Assembly (NCBI GenBank): GCA_035623825.1
Contig: DASPSR010000007.1
Location: forward strand, 160,001-224,000
DNA: 64,000 nucleotides
Direction of reading: 5' to 3'
Source of the DNA: Nitrospirota bacterium
GTDB lineage: Bacteria > Nitrospirota > UBA9217
The notes under the pieces were generated by a model. The model did not search any database. It worked only from the letters and a program-made list of their open reading frames with translations, and was not told the origin of the DNA. Shown piece after piece: positions 48,664 to 58,377 of the stretch; the stretch's first letter is position 1; every line of letters begins with the position of its first letter. The position numbers and the translations under genes are program-made.

Positions 48664-49383
48664 ATGCAGGACATGAGGCGGTATAAGAGATTCAGATTGG
48701 ATGTAATGGAAATAAACGGCAAGATGATCTTAGCCGAGAAAGTGGACATCATTGACATTAGTCTCGGCGGAATCGCCCTGAAGACGGACAGGAGGCTGAA
48801 TGTCGGCAAGGAATATGTGATCAAGCTGGGGGACAAGGGGAAGCGTATCGATGTGAAGGGCGTTATCGTCCGTTGCGAATTAAGCACGATTGAGGAACGA
48901 TGCGACGGGGAGAGGGTCCCCATATACACGGCGGGGATGATGTTTAAAGACGTCGCCCCGGATAAGATTGCCGATTTCCTGAACACCATTGAGCAGCACA
49001 AAAAGGAGCAAGCGCCGGCGGTGGTTGATCGGAGGCTCGCGGTAAGATTTTACATCACCACTCCCGAGGAGCATACCCTGAGCTTTCCGTCCCAGTTCAC
49101 GGTGAAAGAGATCAGCCTAAGCGGCATGCTCATCCAAACCGAGGAGGCCCTGGGGATGGAAAGCATGGTCCCCATGGGGTTGTCTCTCAAGGCCGACCAT
49201 CCCGTCAATTTTATCGGAAGGGTTGCTTCATGCCGGATGGCGGGAGCCAAGGGTCAGGCGCTCTATGAAATAGGGGTGGAGTTTACGGGTTTGACGGATG
49301 AGGACCGGGCGCCGCTCAAGACCTTCATAGACTATCTGACAATGATGGAAAGGAATGCTGAAGGAGAAAAATCATCCCCTTAG
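48664..49383 (+). CDS. Tandem PilZ-domain protein
   Basis: RRYKR..DISLGG and RRLAVR..EISLSG; Y.IGVEF. Confidence 0.82.
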   Translation: MQDMRRYKRFRLDVMEINGKMILAEKVDIIDISLGGIALKTDRRLNVGKEYVIKLGDKGKRIDVKGVIVRCELSTIEERCDGERVPIYTAGMMFKDVAPDKIADFLNTIEQHKKEQAPAVVDRRLAVRFYITTPEEHTLSFPSQFTVKEISLSGMLIQTEEALGMESMVPMGLSLKADHPVNFIGRVASCRMAGAKGQALYEIGVEFTGLTDEDRAPLKTFIDYLTMMERNAEGEKSSP

Positions 49384-49602
49384 GCTGCCGGTCAGCAAAG
49401 CGGTCCGTTTCGCTCACGACTTCTGAGAGGCATCGGCAGTTAAGACGTTCAATACCTTTAGCTTCGAGTAAAATCTTCAATTGAATGATCTGCAACGGGT
49501 TTTTAAATTATGAGCTTGACATGACGTGGTGAAATACTGTATGCTTTATTCGTCCGGGAAAATTCCCGGATAAATTTCATAAGGAAGCAGAGGAGAAACA
49601 GA

Positions 49603-49806
49603 ATGGCAAATGGAGTAGTGAAGTGGTTCAACAACAGTAAGGGGTTTGGCTTTATCACGCAGGACAACGGCGAAGATGTATTCGTACACTTTTCGGCCAT
49701 CACCGGAGACGGCTTCAAGTCTCTGAACGAGGGAGATAAAGTTACGTTCGAGGTTGTGAAGGGCCCTAAAGGCCTTCAGGCAGCGAACGTGTCAAAAGTT
49801 CAATAA
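49603..49806 (+). CDS. Cold-shock protein
   Basis: [27 protein letters not shown]. Confidence 0.96.
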   Translation: MANGVVKWFNNSKGFGFITQDNGEDVFVHFSAITGDGFKSLNEGDKVTFEVVKGPKGLQAANVSKVQ

Positions 49807-49843
49807 TCATACTGCGAAAAAAATATTATAAATAACCACTTCG

Positions 49844-49872
49844 AAAGCCCTGCATCACTGCAGGGCTTTTTT
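49844..49872 (+). terminator. Intrinsic terminator of csp
   Basis: AAAGCCCTGCA-tcac-TGCAGGGCTTT followed by further T residues. Confidence 0.85.
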
Positions 49873-49916
49873 ATATTAATGCCATCTCTATGTTGCAGAG
49901 AGATGCGCGTGGAAGC

Positions 49917-50164
49917 AAAAAGGCTGAGATTTCTCCCCACCTTGTTTTTTCATGGCCCATGGCTTACGGCAGATTGTCATGATTATCGTTGCTCTGCTGT
50001 CCCTGGGTTGTCTTCAGCTTTCGCCTCCGTGCAGCAGCCGCATACTGGTTGTCAAAGAGCAAGTGTATTTAATGCAGCAGACTAGTGCATTGTTTGCAGC
50101 ATAATAATTTCACTCGCCTTATATCCCCGTCCCGAAGGACTAGGCTTCACGACGCAAAGCGATA
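49917..50164 (-). mobile_element. Decayed non-autonomous IS200/IS605-like element (PATE-like)
   Basis: Minus strand TTGCGTCGTGAAGCCTAGTCCTTCGGGACGGGGATATAAGGCG resembles an IS605 left end. An internal GCTCTTTGACAA follows, then a partial right-end-like GGAGAAATCTCAGCCTTT. No ORF. Confidence 0.5.
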
Positions 50165-50166
50165 CA

Positions 50167-51171
50167 TTACAGAGGCATGCTGGCACGCGGATTCAGGTCA
50201 AGGCCCGATTTCTCACCACGCTGATAGTGGAGATATCCCGCGAGCGCGATCATTGCGGCGTTGTCGATGCAGAGGTCCATTCTGGGAAGAAACTGCGCCA
50301 GGCCGTATTTGTCCGATTGTTCCTTCATGCGGGTCCTGAGCGAATTGTTCGCAGCTACCCCTCCCGCCACGACAATCTTATCCACCCCGCTTTCTCTGGC
50401 TGCCTGGAATGTCTTCTGCGTCAGGATGTCAACCACTGTCTTCTGAAAACTTGCGGCAATATCCTTGATATTTAATATCGGATCGATGCCTTGGTCTTTG
50501 CTCGTGAAGAGAGCTATATGATTTCTAACAGCGGTCTTGAGACCGCTGAAGCTGAAATCGAATCCTTCACAATGGCCGCGCGGAAATTTAACAGCATCGG
50601 GATTCCCTTCCTGTGCGAGGCGGTCGATCACCGGGCCTCCGGGATATTCCAGTCCGAGCAGCTTCGCCACCTTGTCGTAGGCCTCGCCTGCGGCATCATC
50701 CCTCGTCTGACCCAGAAGGCGGTAGTTTCCGAGATTTTTGACTTGATAGAGCGCGGTGTGCCCGCCGGAGACGAGCAACGCGATGTAGGGATAGCCGATT
50801 TCGGGATATTCGATGTGAGCGGCGAGAATGTGCCCCTCGCCGTGATGCACGCCGATGAGGGGGATGTTTAAAGCATAAGCGATGGCCTTTGCCGCTGAGA
50901 CACCGACAAGCAGCGAACCGATAAGGCCGGGCGCATACGTGACAGCAACAAGTCCGATGTCACTGAGCGATACCGATGCGTTTGTCATCGCTTCGCGGAC
51001 AATCAACATGATGTTCTTCAGGTGTTCCCGGGACGCAAGCTCTGGCACCACGCCGCCATATTTTTTATGGATATCGATTTGCGAGGATACGATGCTCGAC
51101 AGGACCTTGTCGTCGCGGAGGACAGCGGCCGCAGTTTCATCGCATGACGTTTCTATCCCGAGGGTGAGCAT
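50167..51171 (-). CDS. tsaD: tRNA N6-threonylcarbamoyltransferase
   Basis: GIETSCDET, GGVVPELASREH, HHGEGH, VSGGHT, DDAAGEAYDK, DNAAMIA. Confidence 0.96.
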   Translation of the reverse strand: MLTLGIETSCDETAAAVLRDDKVLSSIVSSQIDIHKKYGGVVPELASREHLKNIMLIVREAMTNASVSLSDIGLVAVTYAPGLIGSLLVGVSAAKAIAYALNIPLIGVHHGEGHILAAHIEYPEIGYPYIALLVSGGHTALYQVKNLGNYRLLGQTRDDAAGEAYDKVAKLLGLEYPGGPVIDRLAQEGNPDAVKFPRGHCEGFDFSFSGLKTAVRNHIALFTSKDQGIDPILNIKDIAASFQKTVVDILTQKTFQAARESGVDKIVVAGGVAANNSLRTRMKEQSDKYGLAQFLPRMDLCIDNAAMIALAGYLHYQRGEKSGLDLNPRASMPL

Positions 51172-51277
51172 GATTGAGAGGTGTAAATCGTCTATAACGC
51201 AAAGGGGTCAGGTGCAGTGGCCGAGAACCGCGGAAACCTGCATATCGTAACCATGCGCGCTGATTCCGAACGTTTTT

Positions 51278-52240
51278 TTACTGTATAAGCCGTGAAACGG
51301 GGACGATCGTAATCCCCAGTTTGTCCGCTTCGGCGATCCACGAGCGGAGCGCATTGATCGTAGCCGGATGGGGGTGGCCGATCCCGACGGCCCAGCCGTG
51401 TGCTTTCGCGATGCGTGTAAGTTCATCGAGCTGCTTGCGGATATACTCCTCGTTATCGCTTTCGTTATCGAGAAACACATCTCGTTTCGCGGCTTTCACG
51501 CCGAATTCCTTCGCTGTGGCATAGGCAACGCTCTTTGGGCTCGTGAGGCTGTCGAGGAAGAGAAGGTCCCGTGATTTGAGTTCGGCCATCAGGAACTTCA
51601 TTGCCTCTTTATTCTCGGTGAGGGACGATCCCTCGTGGTTGTTGACGCCCACTGCGCCAGGAACTGACGCCACGTCATCACTGATAGTGTTCAGAAAGTC
51701 CATGGGCGTCATATCGGAGCGCAGCATGCCGGGTGCCGGTTTTCCGTTCCTGCCCCGGTACTCCATTGGCAGATGCAGCAGCACCTCGCGGTTGTTTTGC
51801 TCTGCAAGTTCCGCAACCTTCCGAGACTGGGGCAAGCCGGGCATAACAGCGAAAGTGACCTTAGCGGGGAGTGACAGAATCTCTCGTGCCGGCTTTACAT
51901 CCTGACCCAGATCGTCGATGACTATGGCGACGAGCGCAGGCTTTTCAGACGGCTTGACAACGGCAACCTCGTCGCGCTGCGTCGCCTCCCTCTGTTCTCC
52001 CTTTTCTGGCTGCTTTTTCTTTTCCGGTTTTTCCGCCGTTAATTGTTTTTTGGGCGCAGGCGCCAGCTTCTTTACCTGCTGAGCGGGTTTCCCTTCCTCG
52101 CTGGTCCGGGACCTGCGCAGAGGTCCCCAGAGCGAGAGCGCGATTACGACCAGGGTCAGGATAATGCCGATCGCAATCCACCGATCATATTTACTGCCCT
52201 TGCCCTTCGATCTTCCTTTTGCCGGGGATTTCTTTGCCAT
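51278..52240 (-). CDS. Divergent polysaccharide deacetylase (YibQ/DUF610)
   Basis: AIVIDDLG, LHLPME, GVNNHEGS, FLDSLT, RDVFLDN, IGHPHP; N-terminal TM anchor. Confidence 0.88.
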   Translation of the reverse strand: MAKKSPAKGRSKGKGSKYDRWIAIGIILTLVVIALSLWGPLRRSRTSEEGKPAQQVKKLAPAPKKQLTAEKPEKKKQPEKGEQREATQRDEVAVVKPSEKPALVAIVIDDLGQDVKPAREILSLPAKVTFAVMPGLPQSRKVAELAEQNNREVLLHLPMEYRGRNGKPAPGMLRSDMTPMDFLNTISDDVASVPGAVGVNNHEGSSLTENKEAMKFLMAELKSRDLLFLDSLTSPKSVAYATAKEFGVKAAKRDVFLDNESDNEEYIRKQLDELTRIAKAHGWAVGIGHPHPATINALRSWIAEADKLGITIVPVSRLIQ

Positions 52241-52340
52241 TGCAAGCCATTTATACAATATTATGATAAAAAAAACCAGAGGTTTTTGCGGTATGGGCGG
52301 GATAAAGCCTTCCGCTTGTCAGTATAGCCTGTTTTTTGCC

Positions 52341-52369
52341 TTGACTTAGAAGGTGACGGATTTTATACT
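52341..52369 (+). promoter_or_regulatory. sigma70 promoter of the DAHP synthase gene
   Basis: TTGACT-17nt-TATACT. Confidence 0.6.
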
Positions 52370-52428
52370 GCATGCCAGTCGTGCGATAGGGGAAGCGGCA
52401 CATGAACTAGGAGGTCCATAAAAAATCC

Positions 52429-53457
52429 ATGAGCTTCAAGTACATCCGGGAAATTCCTAAGCCGAATGAAATCCTCTCGGCCATGCCTTTTCACCGGGAC
52501 CTAACGGCTATCAAGAAGAGGCGCGATCAGGAGATCAAGGCCGTATTCACTGGCGAGAGCGGCAAGTTTGTGCTCATCATCGGGCCCTGCTCGGCACACG
52601 ATGAAGAAGCTGTCTGCGATTATATCTCGCGGTTGGCAAAGGTCCAGGCTGAGGTGAAAGACACGATTGTCATCATTCCCCGGATCTATACCAATAAGCC
52701 CCGCACGACAGGCATCGGATATAAGGGGATGGCCCACCAACCGAACCCGCAGGAAGAGCCGAATATCGTCGAAGGCATCAAGGCCATCAGGAAGATGCAC
52801 CTCCGTGCTTTAGGAGAATCGCATCTTCCGGCAGCCGACGAGATGCTCTATCCCGGAAATTATCCTTACCTCGAGGACGTCCTGAGCTATGTGGCCGTCG
52901 GAGCCCGTTCCGTGGAAAACCAGGCGCATCGTCTGACGTGCAGCGGCCTGGACGTTCCTGTGGGTATGAAAAATCCCACCTCAGGCGACATGGAAGTGAC
53001 ACTGAATTCGATTCAGGCGGCCCAGGCACCTCATATCTTCAGCTACAACAGGTGGGAGGTGAAAACAACCGGTAATCCCCTTACCCATGCAGTGCTGCGG
53101 GGCGCTGTTGATCCGCATGGCGTGACCGTTCCCAACTATCATTACGAGGACCTCATGCGGTTTGCAGAAGCATACAGAAAGCGGGGATTCAACAATCCAG
53201 CCATCATTGTAGATACGAACCACTCCAATTCGAACAAAAAATTCGCCGAACAACCTCGGATCGCCATGGAGGTCATGCAGAGCCGTAAACATTCGCGGCT
53301 GCTCACAGAAATGATCAAAGGGTTCATGATCGAGAGCTTCATCGAGGAGGGCAGCCAGAAGGTGACGGAGAACGTCTATGGCAAGTCCATCACCGATCCC
53401 TGTCTGGGATGGAAGGACTCAGAGAAACTGATTCGCGACTTGGCAGGGATGGTGTAG
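52429..53457 (+). CDS. DAHP synthase, class I-alpha
   Basis: IIGPCSA, KPRTTG.GYKG, GARSVE, GMKNPT, LRG, DTNHSNS, YGKSITDPCLGW. Confidence 0.93.
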   Translation: MSFKYIREIPKPNEILSAMPFHRDLTAIKKRRDQEIKAVFTGESGKFVLIIGPCSAHDEEAVCDYISRLAKVQAEVKDTIVIIPRIYTNKPRTTGIGYKGMAHQPNPQEEPNIVEGIKAIRKMHLRALGESHLPAADEMLYPGNYPYLEDVLSYVAVGARSVENQAHRLTCSGLDVPVGMKNPTSGDMEVTLNSIQAAQAPHIFSYNRWEVKTTGNPLTHAVLRGAVDPHGVTVPNYHYEDLMRFAEAYRKRGFNNPAIIVDTNHSNSNKKFAEQPRIAMEVMQSRKHSRLLTEMIKGFMIESFIEEGSQKVTENVYGKSITDPCLGWKDSEKLIRDLAGMV

Positions 53458-53571
53458 GAAACTGCCTTTACCGCCGAAACAACAGGATATCGGGAAAACA
53501 CAGCCGTGATTAGTCCTGAATATTTGGTTTACTTCGTGACCACGTGCTACCGTGGTGCGGCTTAATTAAGT

Positions 53572-54204
53572 ATGGACCTCTTCGAAGCTATTCTGGGAAG
53601 AAAAAGCATACGACGGTTCGAGCAGACGCCGGTTCCCGACGAAGACATCAAAAGGATTCTCGATGCAGGAAGTCTTGCGCCCTCGGCGAACAACACCCAG
53701 CCTTGGAGGTTCATCGTTGTGAAGAACCGGACCGTGTTAAAACAAATGGCCGAAGCAGTGCGCCAAATGGTCGACCGGATGATCCCCTATGCTGATAACG
53801 AGCAGCAGGCCCAGCGGCTCGCGGCGTACAAGAATACCTATTACACCTTCTTCGAGAACGCCCCCGTGGTGATTACCGTGCTCATGGAGGGTTACGATGC
53901 CGGAACGGACCGGCTGCTCGCGAAGATGGGCTATTCTCCGGAAGACATCAGGAGACTCCGGCCCCTCCCCGGGCTCCAGAGCGTCGCGGCTGCCATCGAG
54001 AACATGCTTCTTGCCATCCACGCGCTTGGTTACGGTTCGTGCTGGATGACGGGGCCGATTGTGGCGCAGGAGGCATTTGAACGGCTTTTGGGGTTCGGCA
54101 AAGAGAAGTCGATTGTAGCACTCCTGCCGGTAGGCAGGCCCAGCGAGAACCCATCGGCGAGGCCAAGGAGGCCGCTGGAAGACAACATGCGCACAATAGG
54201 GTAG
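53572..54204 (+). CDS. Nitroreductase family protein
   Basis: RKSIRRF, APSANNTQPWRF, GYGSCWM. Confidence 0.9.
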   Translation: MDLFEAILGRKSIRRFEQTPVPDEDIKRILDAGSLAPSANNTQPWRFIVVKNRTVLKQMAEAVRQMVDRMIPYADNEQQAQRLAAYKNTYYTFFENAPVVITVLMEGYDAGTDRLLAKMGYSPEDIRRLRPLPGLQSVAAAIENMLLAIHALGYGSCWMTGPIVAQEAFERLLGFGKEKSIVALLPVGRPSENPSARPRRPLEDNMRTIG

Positions 54205-54588
54205 TTGATTCGTCATTTTTGATTCATCCGTTCTCAAACCCAGTCTTTGATTGACAAATCCCCTTGTTATTTCTTTGTTTTTTTCATGTGATGGGCTGAC
54301 GGCCTTTTGCCGCGGACCGCGTCGCATTTATCTTTTGTCCGGTTTCTTTTGCCCCTTGACCCTTCGCCCCGATTATAGTATCTTAATTCTTATCGGGGTT
54401 CTGCGAAAATGTTTTCGATTCGGAGCAGGATGCCCGAGGACATCAACCAGTTTGAACGAGGCTGACGCTCAGTAGAGAAGAAACGGCTTACAACGAGTCG
54501 GCTCTTCAATCTTATGAAGAGGGCGACATGATAAAATGTATCACGAAGGCGGGTCAGGGGGACTAGATATTCTAGCAGAGGTGAGCGA

Positions 54589-54789
54589 ATGATCACGGTC
54601 AAAGAACTAGCAAAAGCTGTAACCGGCTTGTCACCGGAACAACTCGCTGAATTCCGGGCGTGGTTTAAGTCATTCGAGACAGCGCGCTGGGACAGGAAGA
54701 TCGATGAGGATGTGACGTCGGGGAGGCTCGGCCGGATCCTGGAAAAAGCGTTTGGAGATTATCGTAAAGGGAAGGAAAAACCGCAATAA
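54589..54789 (+). CDS. Small putative antitoxin-like protein
   Basis: LSPEQLAEFRAWF...WDRKIDEDV..GRL pattern; SD GAGGTG. Confidence 0.6.
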   Translation: MITVKELAKAVTGLSPEQLAEFRAWFKSFETARWDRKIDEDVTSGRLGRILEKAFGDYRKGKEKPQ

Positions 54790-55389
54790 GGGCCTTACTG
54801 GCCAGTTCTCCCGGGGAGGCCATAAAAACCTTTCCAGAAAGATGTCAGGGTGCTTGCTCACGAAGTTTCGCCCCCTAGAGCGTAGCCCACTTCTCCGCCG
54901 CCGGCCTATCGCTGCTTTTCATCATTGCTATTGGCCGACGCCCCTGTTTTTAAAATCTGGTTTTTCGCCAGTTTGTCGTCTGAACGCCGATAGGTGGTGC
55001 GAACACCGGGTTCTAGGCATTGGCGGACTAGTATCATCCTCTGTAGCGACAGTTTCCTACCTATTGAGGTGAGCATCGATTTTCCGGTCATCAACGGAAT
55101 ATATCGGTCTCGACTTACCTGCGGGGAATCCCCTCCCTCCTCTCTCTAAGGTCCTGTTTGCAATAGCGTTTTTCCTATTTTTGAAGACCGGTAGCTTTTC
55201 CTGAATGTATACCGCGGCCTCCTTCGCTCACAGCTCCAGTTGCCAAGAGCTTCCGAGTCGTGTTATGCTCTACAACCTGAAGTCCGAGATTCCCGGGTCA
55301 GGCCACTAAAGTACTGAGAGCCGCTGCTGCTCCCGTTTGCGGATGCTGCACACCCGGATTATGAAGAAGATTGTGGATTTATGTATCCG

Positions 55390-55597
55390 GGGTACCGGTC
55401 CCGCTGACTATAATCAGAAACTTTCGGAAAGACGCGCTGCCACGGTAGCCCTGTATCTTCATAACAGGGGTGTGGCCAAGGAGCGGCTGGCGGCCATCCG
55501 TTCTGGTGAGAAAAAACCCGTCGCAAGCAATAATACTGCGGAAGGCCGGGCAAGGAACCGCCGCGTCGAGATCACGCTGGACCCCATCACCAGCTGA
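55390..55597 (+). pseudogene. OmpA/Pal-like peptidoglycan-binding domain, C-terminal remnant
   Basis: GTGPADYNQKLSERRAATVALYL..GEKKPVASN.T.EGRARNRRVEI. The preceding GHTD motif and the whole N-terminal half are missing. Confidence 0.7.
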
Positions 55598-55626
55598 GCC
55601 GTCAAGGCGAGCAGGTGGAACGGTAC

Positions 55627-56076
55627 TTACCGAACCGCCACCTCCACGAAATCCTTCTTTCTGCCGTCCCAGAGGTATCCCTTGATATCGTGGATGACGC
55701 CCTGTTGCACCGACACCACGATATGCACGGCGTCGGGGAACTCGGGCTCGCCGAAGACAGTCTGGACATCCTTGTCCATCGCGGAGAAATAGGCCCCGCA
55801 GTCTATGTGAGAATGATAGAAGGCGAGAATCGATTCGTTTCTATTTGTTGCCTCGCGAATGATCCGTTCGACCTCGTTGCGGTCCACGGCATAGGCCTCG
55901 CGGCTTGTGCGAGGGTGAGCCCCCGGGTCTTCGGAATGCAGCCTATCCTGAATGTTCACCAGGGTATGGACTCGCAGAACGATGTTCGCGCCGGTCACGA
56001 TACCGCAGCACTCGGAAGGATATTCGGCGATGGTATGCTTCATGATGGATTCGATGGCTTCCGGAGTAAGCTGCAT
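55627..56076 (-). CDS. JAB/MPN (M67, Mec+-like) metallopeptidase
   Basis: YPSECCG, JAMM motif YHSH...S..D; SD GGAGG. Confidence 0.88.
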   Translation of the reverse strand: MQLTPEAIESIMKHTIAEYPSECCGIVTGANIVLRVHTLVNIQDRLHSEDPGAHPRTSREAYAVDRNEVERIIREATNRNESILAFYHSHIDCGAYFSAMDKDVQTVFGEPEFPDAVHIVVSVQQGVIHDIKGYLWDGRKKDFVEVAVR

Positions 56077-56164
56077 CAGTTAAGACCTCCCGCTTATTCA
56101 AACGCGTCATAGACTGTATGCCCTGACGTGGCTGGAGATGAATAATAGTTCTCTTCGATTCAGC

Positions 56165-56193
56165 AAAAAGGCGGATGAAAGTGTCCATCCGCC
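56165..56193 (-). terminator. Intrinsic terminator downstream of glgC
   Basis: Minus strand GGCGGATG-gacacttt-CATCCGCC followed by TTTTT. Confidence 0.7.
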
Positions 56194-56280
56194 CGTATAA
56201 ATTCTAGTCACCGCCGTTCGTGCAGGTCCGCGGCTCGTTATTGTCGGATTGTCCGCGATTGTCCCGGCTTTGCGCAGGGG

Positions 56281-57531
56281 TCATACGGCCTCTTCCGCCA
56301 GATTTACTCCCGCTTCGTCTGACACTTCCGTTCCTTTTGCAATCACCACAATGCCCGAGGGTGTCACATGGTATCGCTTCTTGTCTTCCTCGTGGTCATA
56401 CCCGATCTCGCTTCTCGCAGGAATCGTTACGTCCTTGTCAATGATGGCCTTCCGAATGCGGCAGTGTCTGCCGATGTCCACGTTTTCCATGAGGATTGAA
56501 TCGCGCACTTCGCTGTAGCTGTTGACACGCACGTTCGGCGACAGCACCGAGTTTTGCACACGGCCGCCGCTCACGATGCATCCATGCGCGACGATCGAGT
56601 CCAGGGCGATGCCGAGTCTCCCGCCCTTCTTCTCTTGGGCGAACACGAACTTGGCCGGCGGATTCTGCGCTTGGTATGTGCGGATGGGCCAGGCATTGTC
56701 ATAAAGGTTGAGTTGCGGATCTACGCTCACCAGGTCCATATTGGCTTCCCAGTAAGCGTCGATGGTCCCGACATCACGCCAGTATTTCGCCTCCTTCTTG
56801 TTCTCATCTTTGAAATTATACGCACAGACGCGGTCGGTCTTGAACATCTGAGGGATGATGTTCTTGCCGAAGTCGTGCGCAGTGTCCTGCAGCGCGTCGA
56901 ATTCCAGATGTTCAATAGCCTTCTTGGTGTTGAACAGGTAGATGCCCATGGATGCGAACGCCACGTCGGGTCGTCCAGGTATGTGTTTGGGGTCCTTGGG
57001 TTTCTCTTCGAATCCGATGATGCGGCAGTCTTCATCCACCTCGATGACTCCGAATGATGATGCCATTGTTCGCGGCATTTCGATCGCGGCGACGGTGGCG
57101 TCTGCCTGCTTCTCCCTGTGAAACCTGAACATCTCAGCGTAGTCCATTTTGTAAATGTGGTCTCCAGCCAGGACGAGCAGGTGGTCTGGGGCATCCTTCT
57201 CGATCATGTAGATATTCTGGTAGATGGCATCGGCGGTTCCCTGATACCAACGGTCCCCGACCCGCTGTTGGGGAGGTACTGATATGATGTATTCGTTCAG
57301 TTCGCCGGAGAAGAAGTTCCAAGCGAGTCGCAGGTGTTTGTCGAGAGACAGAGATTTATACTGCGGGAGCACGGCGATCTTACGGATTCCCGAGTTGATG
57401 CAGTTCGAAAGTGTAAAATCAATGATCCGGTAGATACCGCCAAAGGGTACAGCGGGCTTCGCGCGATGGATAGTGAGAGGATGAAGCCGCTCTCCCTTGC
57501 CACCGGCGAGTATCATTGCGAGGATACTCAT
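56281..57531 (-). CDS. glgC: Glucose-1-phosphate adenylyltransferase
   Basis: LAGGKGERL.PLT..RAKPAVPFGG.YRIIDF, WYQGTADA, GDHIYKMDY, FEEKP, YWRDVGT. Confidence 0.96.
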   Translation of the reverse strand: MSILAMILAGGKGERLHPLTIHRAKPAVPFGGIYRIIDFTLSNCINSGIRKIAVLPQYKSLSLDKHLRLAWNFFSGELNEYIISVPPQQRVGDRWYQGTADAIYQNIYMIEKDAPDHLLVLAGDHIYKMDYAEMFRFHREKQADATVAAIEMPRTMASSFGVIEVDEDCRIIGFEEKPKDPKHIPGRPDVAFASMGIYLFNTKKAIEHLEFDALQDTAHDFGKNIIPQMFKTDRVCAYNFKDENKKEAKYWRDVGTIDAYWEANMDLVSVDPQLNLYDNAWPIRTYQAQNPPAKFVFAQEKKGGRLGIALDSIVAHGCIVSGGRVQNSVLSPNVRVNSYSEVRDSILMENVDIGRHCRIRKAIIDKDVTIPARSEIGYDHEEDKKRYHVTPSGIVVIAKGTEVSDEAGVNLAEEAV

Positions 57532-57888
57532 GACTTCTCCTTGGTGTATTGCCTGTAAAGATGATAGCAAGAGGATTGATGACTGTCAAACACGGGCTCG
57601 GCGTTGTATCCGACTTCGAATATCCTTCCCAGTTCACTGCCTAAGGATAGAGAAATATAATTTTCTTATGAAATTTATTAATGTTATTTTCGCTTGATTT
57701 TTTACCGTTCGGTTGCTAATATGCACCCTCCACGAAAGAAAGTCAAATTTGAGTATATTTTGATCTTGCCAAGTCAGGTTACAAAAAGTAACATAGCCTG
57801 CGGTGTGGCAATATCCCGGAAAAATTACTATAATCCGAAGTTATGGCTTGTCCGCATATAATGACTGAGGATGGGGGAGGTTGTGACC

Positions 57889-58377
57889 GTGCTCCAGCAA
57901 GACGATCTTAAAAAAGTTGATGCTGTCCTCGAGGACACCGCAGGCCAGCGTGGTGTTCTCATCTCAGTGCTCCAAAGGGTCCAGGAGAAGGTAGGTTATC
58001 TGCCCGAGGAGGCGATGAAGATGATCGCGGAAAGGATGTCACTTTCCCTGACGAACGTCTACGGCGTAGCTTCATTCTACAAGCATTTCCACTTTAAGCC
58101 CCGGGGCAGGAACATCGTTAAGGTCTGTATGGGTACCGCATGCCACGTGCGGGGAGCCAAGGCGGTGCTAACCGAGATGGAGAACAAACTCGGGATCAAA
58201 GAGGGCGATACCACGAAAGACCTTTCGGTCACGCTCGAGACTGTCGGGTGTGTAGGGTGCTGCGCCCTTGCGCCCGTTGCCACGATCAACGATCAAGACC
58301 TTTACGGAGAATTGACTCCAAAAATGGTTGATGACATCATCGGTACAGTGAGGAGTGAACATGGAACTCACGTATAA
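57889..58377 (+). CDS. NuoE/HydC/BfuC-like [2Fe-2S] subunit
   Basis: VASFY..F, VCMGTACHVRG, VGCVGCCALAP. GTG 57889 is best spaced from GGAGG; the ORF is open from 57871. Confidence 0.92.
   Translation: MLQQDDLKKVDAVLEDTAGQRGVLISVLQRVQEKVGYLPEEAMKMIAERMSLSLTNVYGVASFYKHFHFKPRGRNIVKVCMGTACHVRGAKAVLTEMENKLGIKEGDTTKDLSVTLETVGCVGCCALAPVATINDQDLYGELTPKMVDDIIGTVRSEHGTHV

Noticed and set aside
54850-54960. tmRNA-like GGGGGCGAAAC and an ANSNDE peptide on the minus strand
   Set aside because: No TTCGA T-arm or CCA end, and the peptide lacks the hydrophobic AA C-terminus of a tag.
57666-57683. Rex-box-like TTATGAAATTTATTAATG
   Set aside because: Only the left half resembles TTGTGAA-N4-TTCACAA, and it lies in an AT-rich background.
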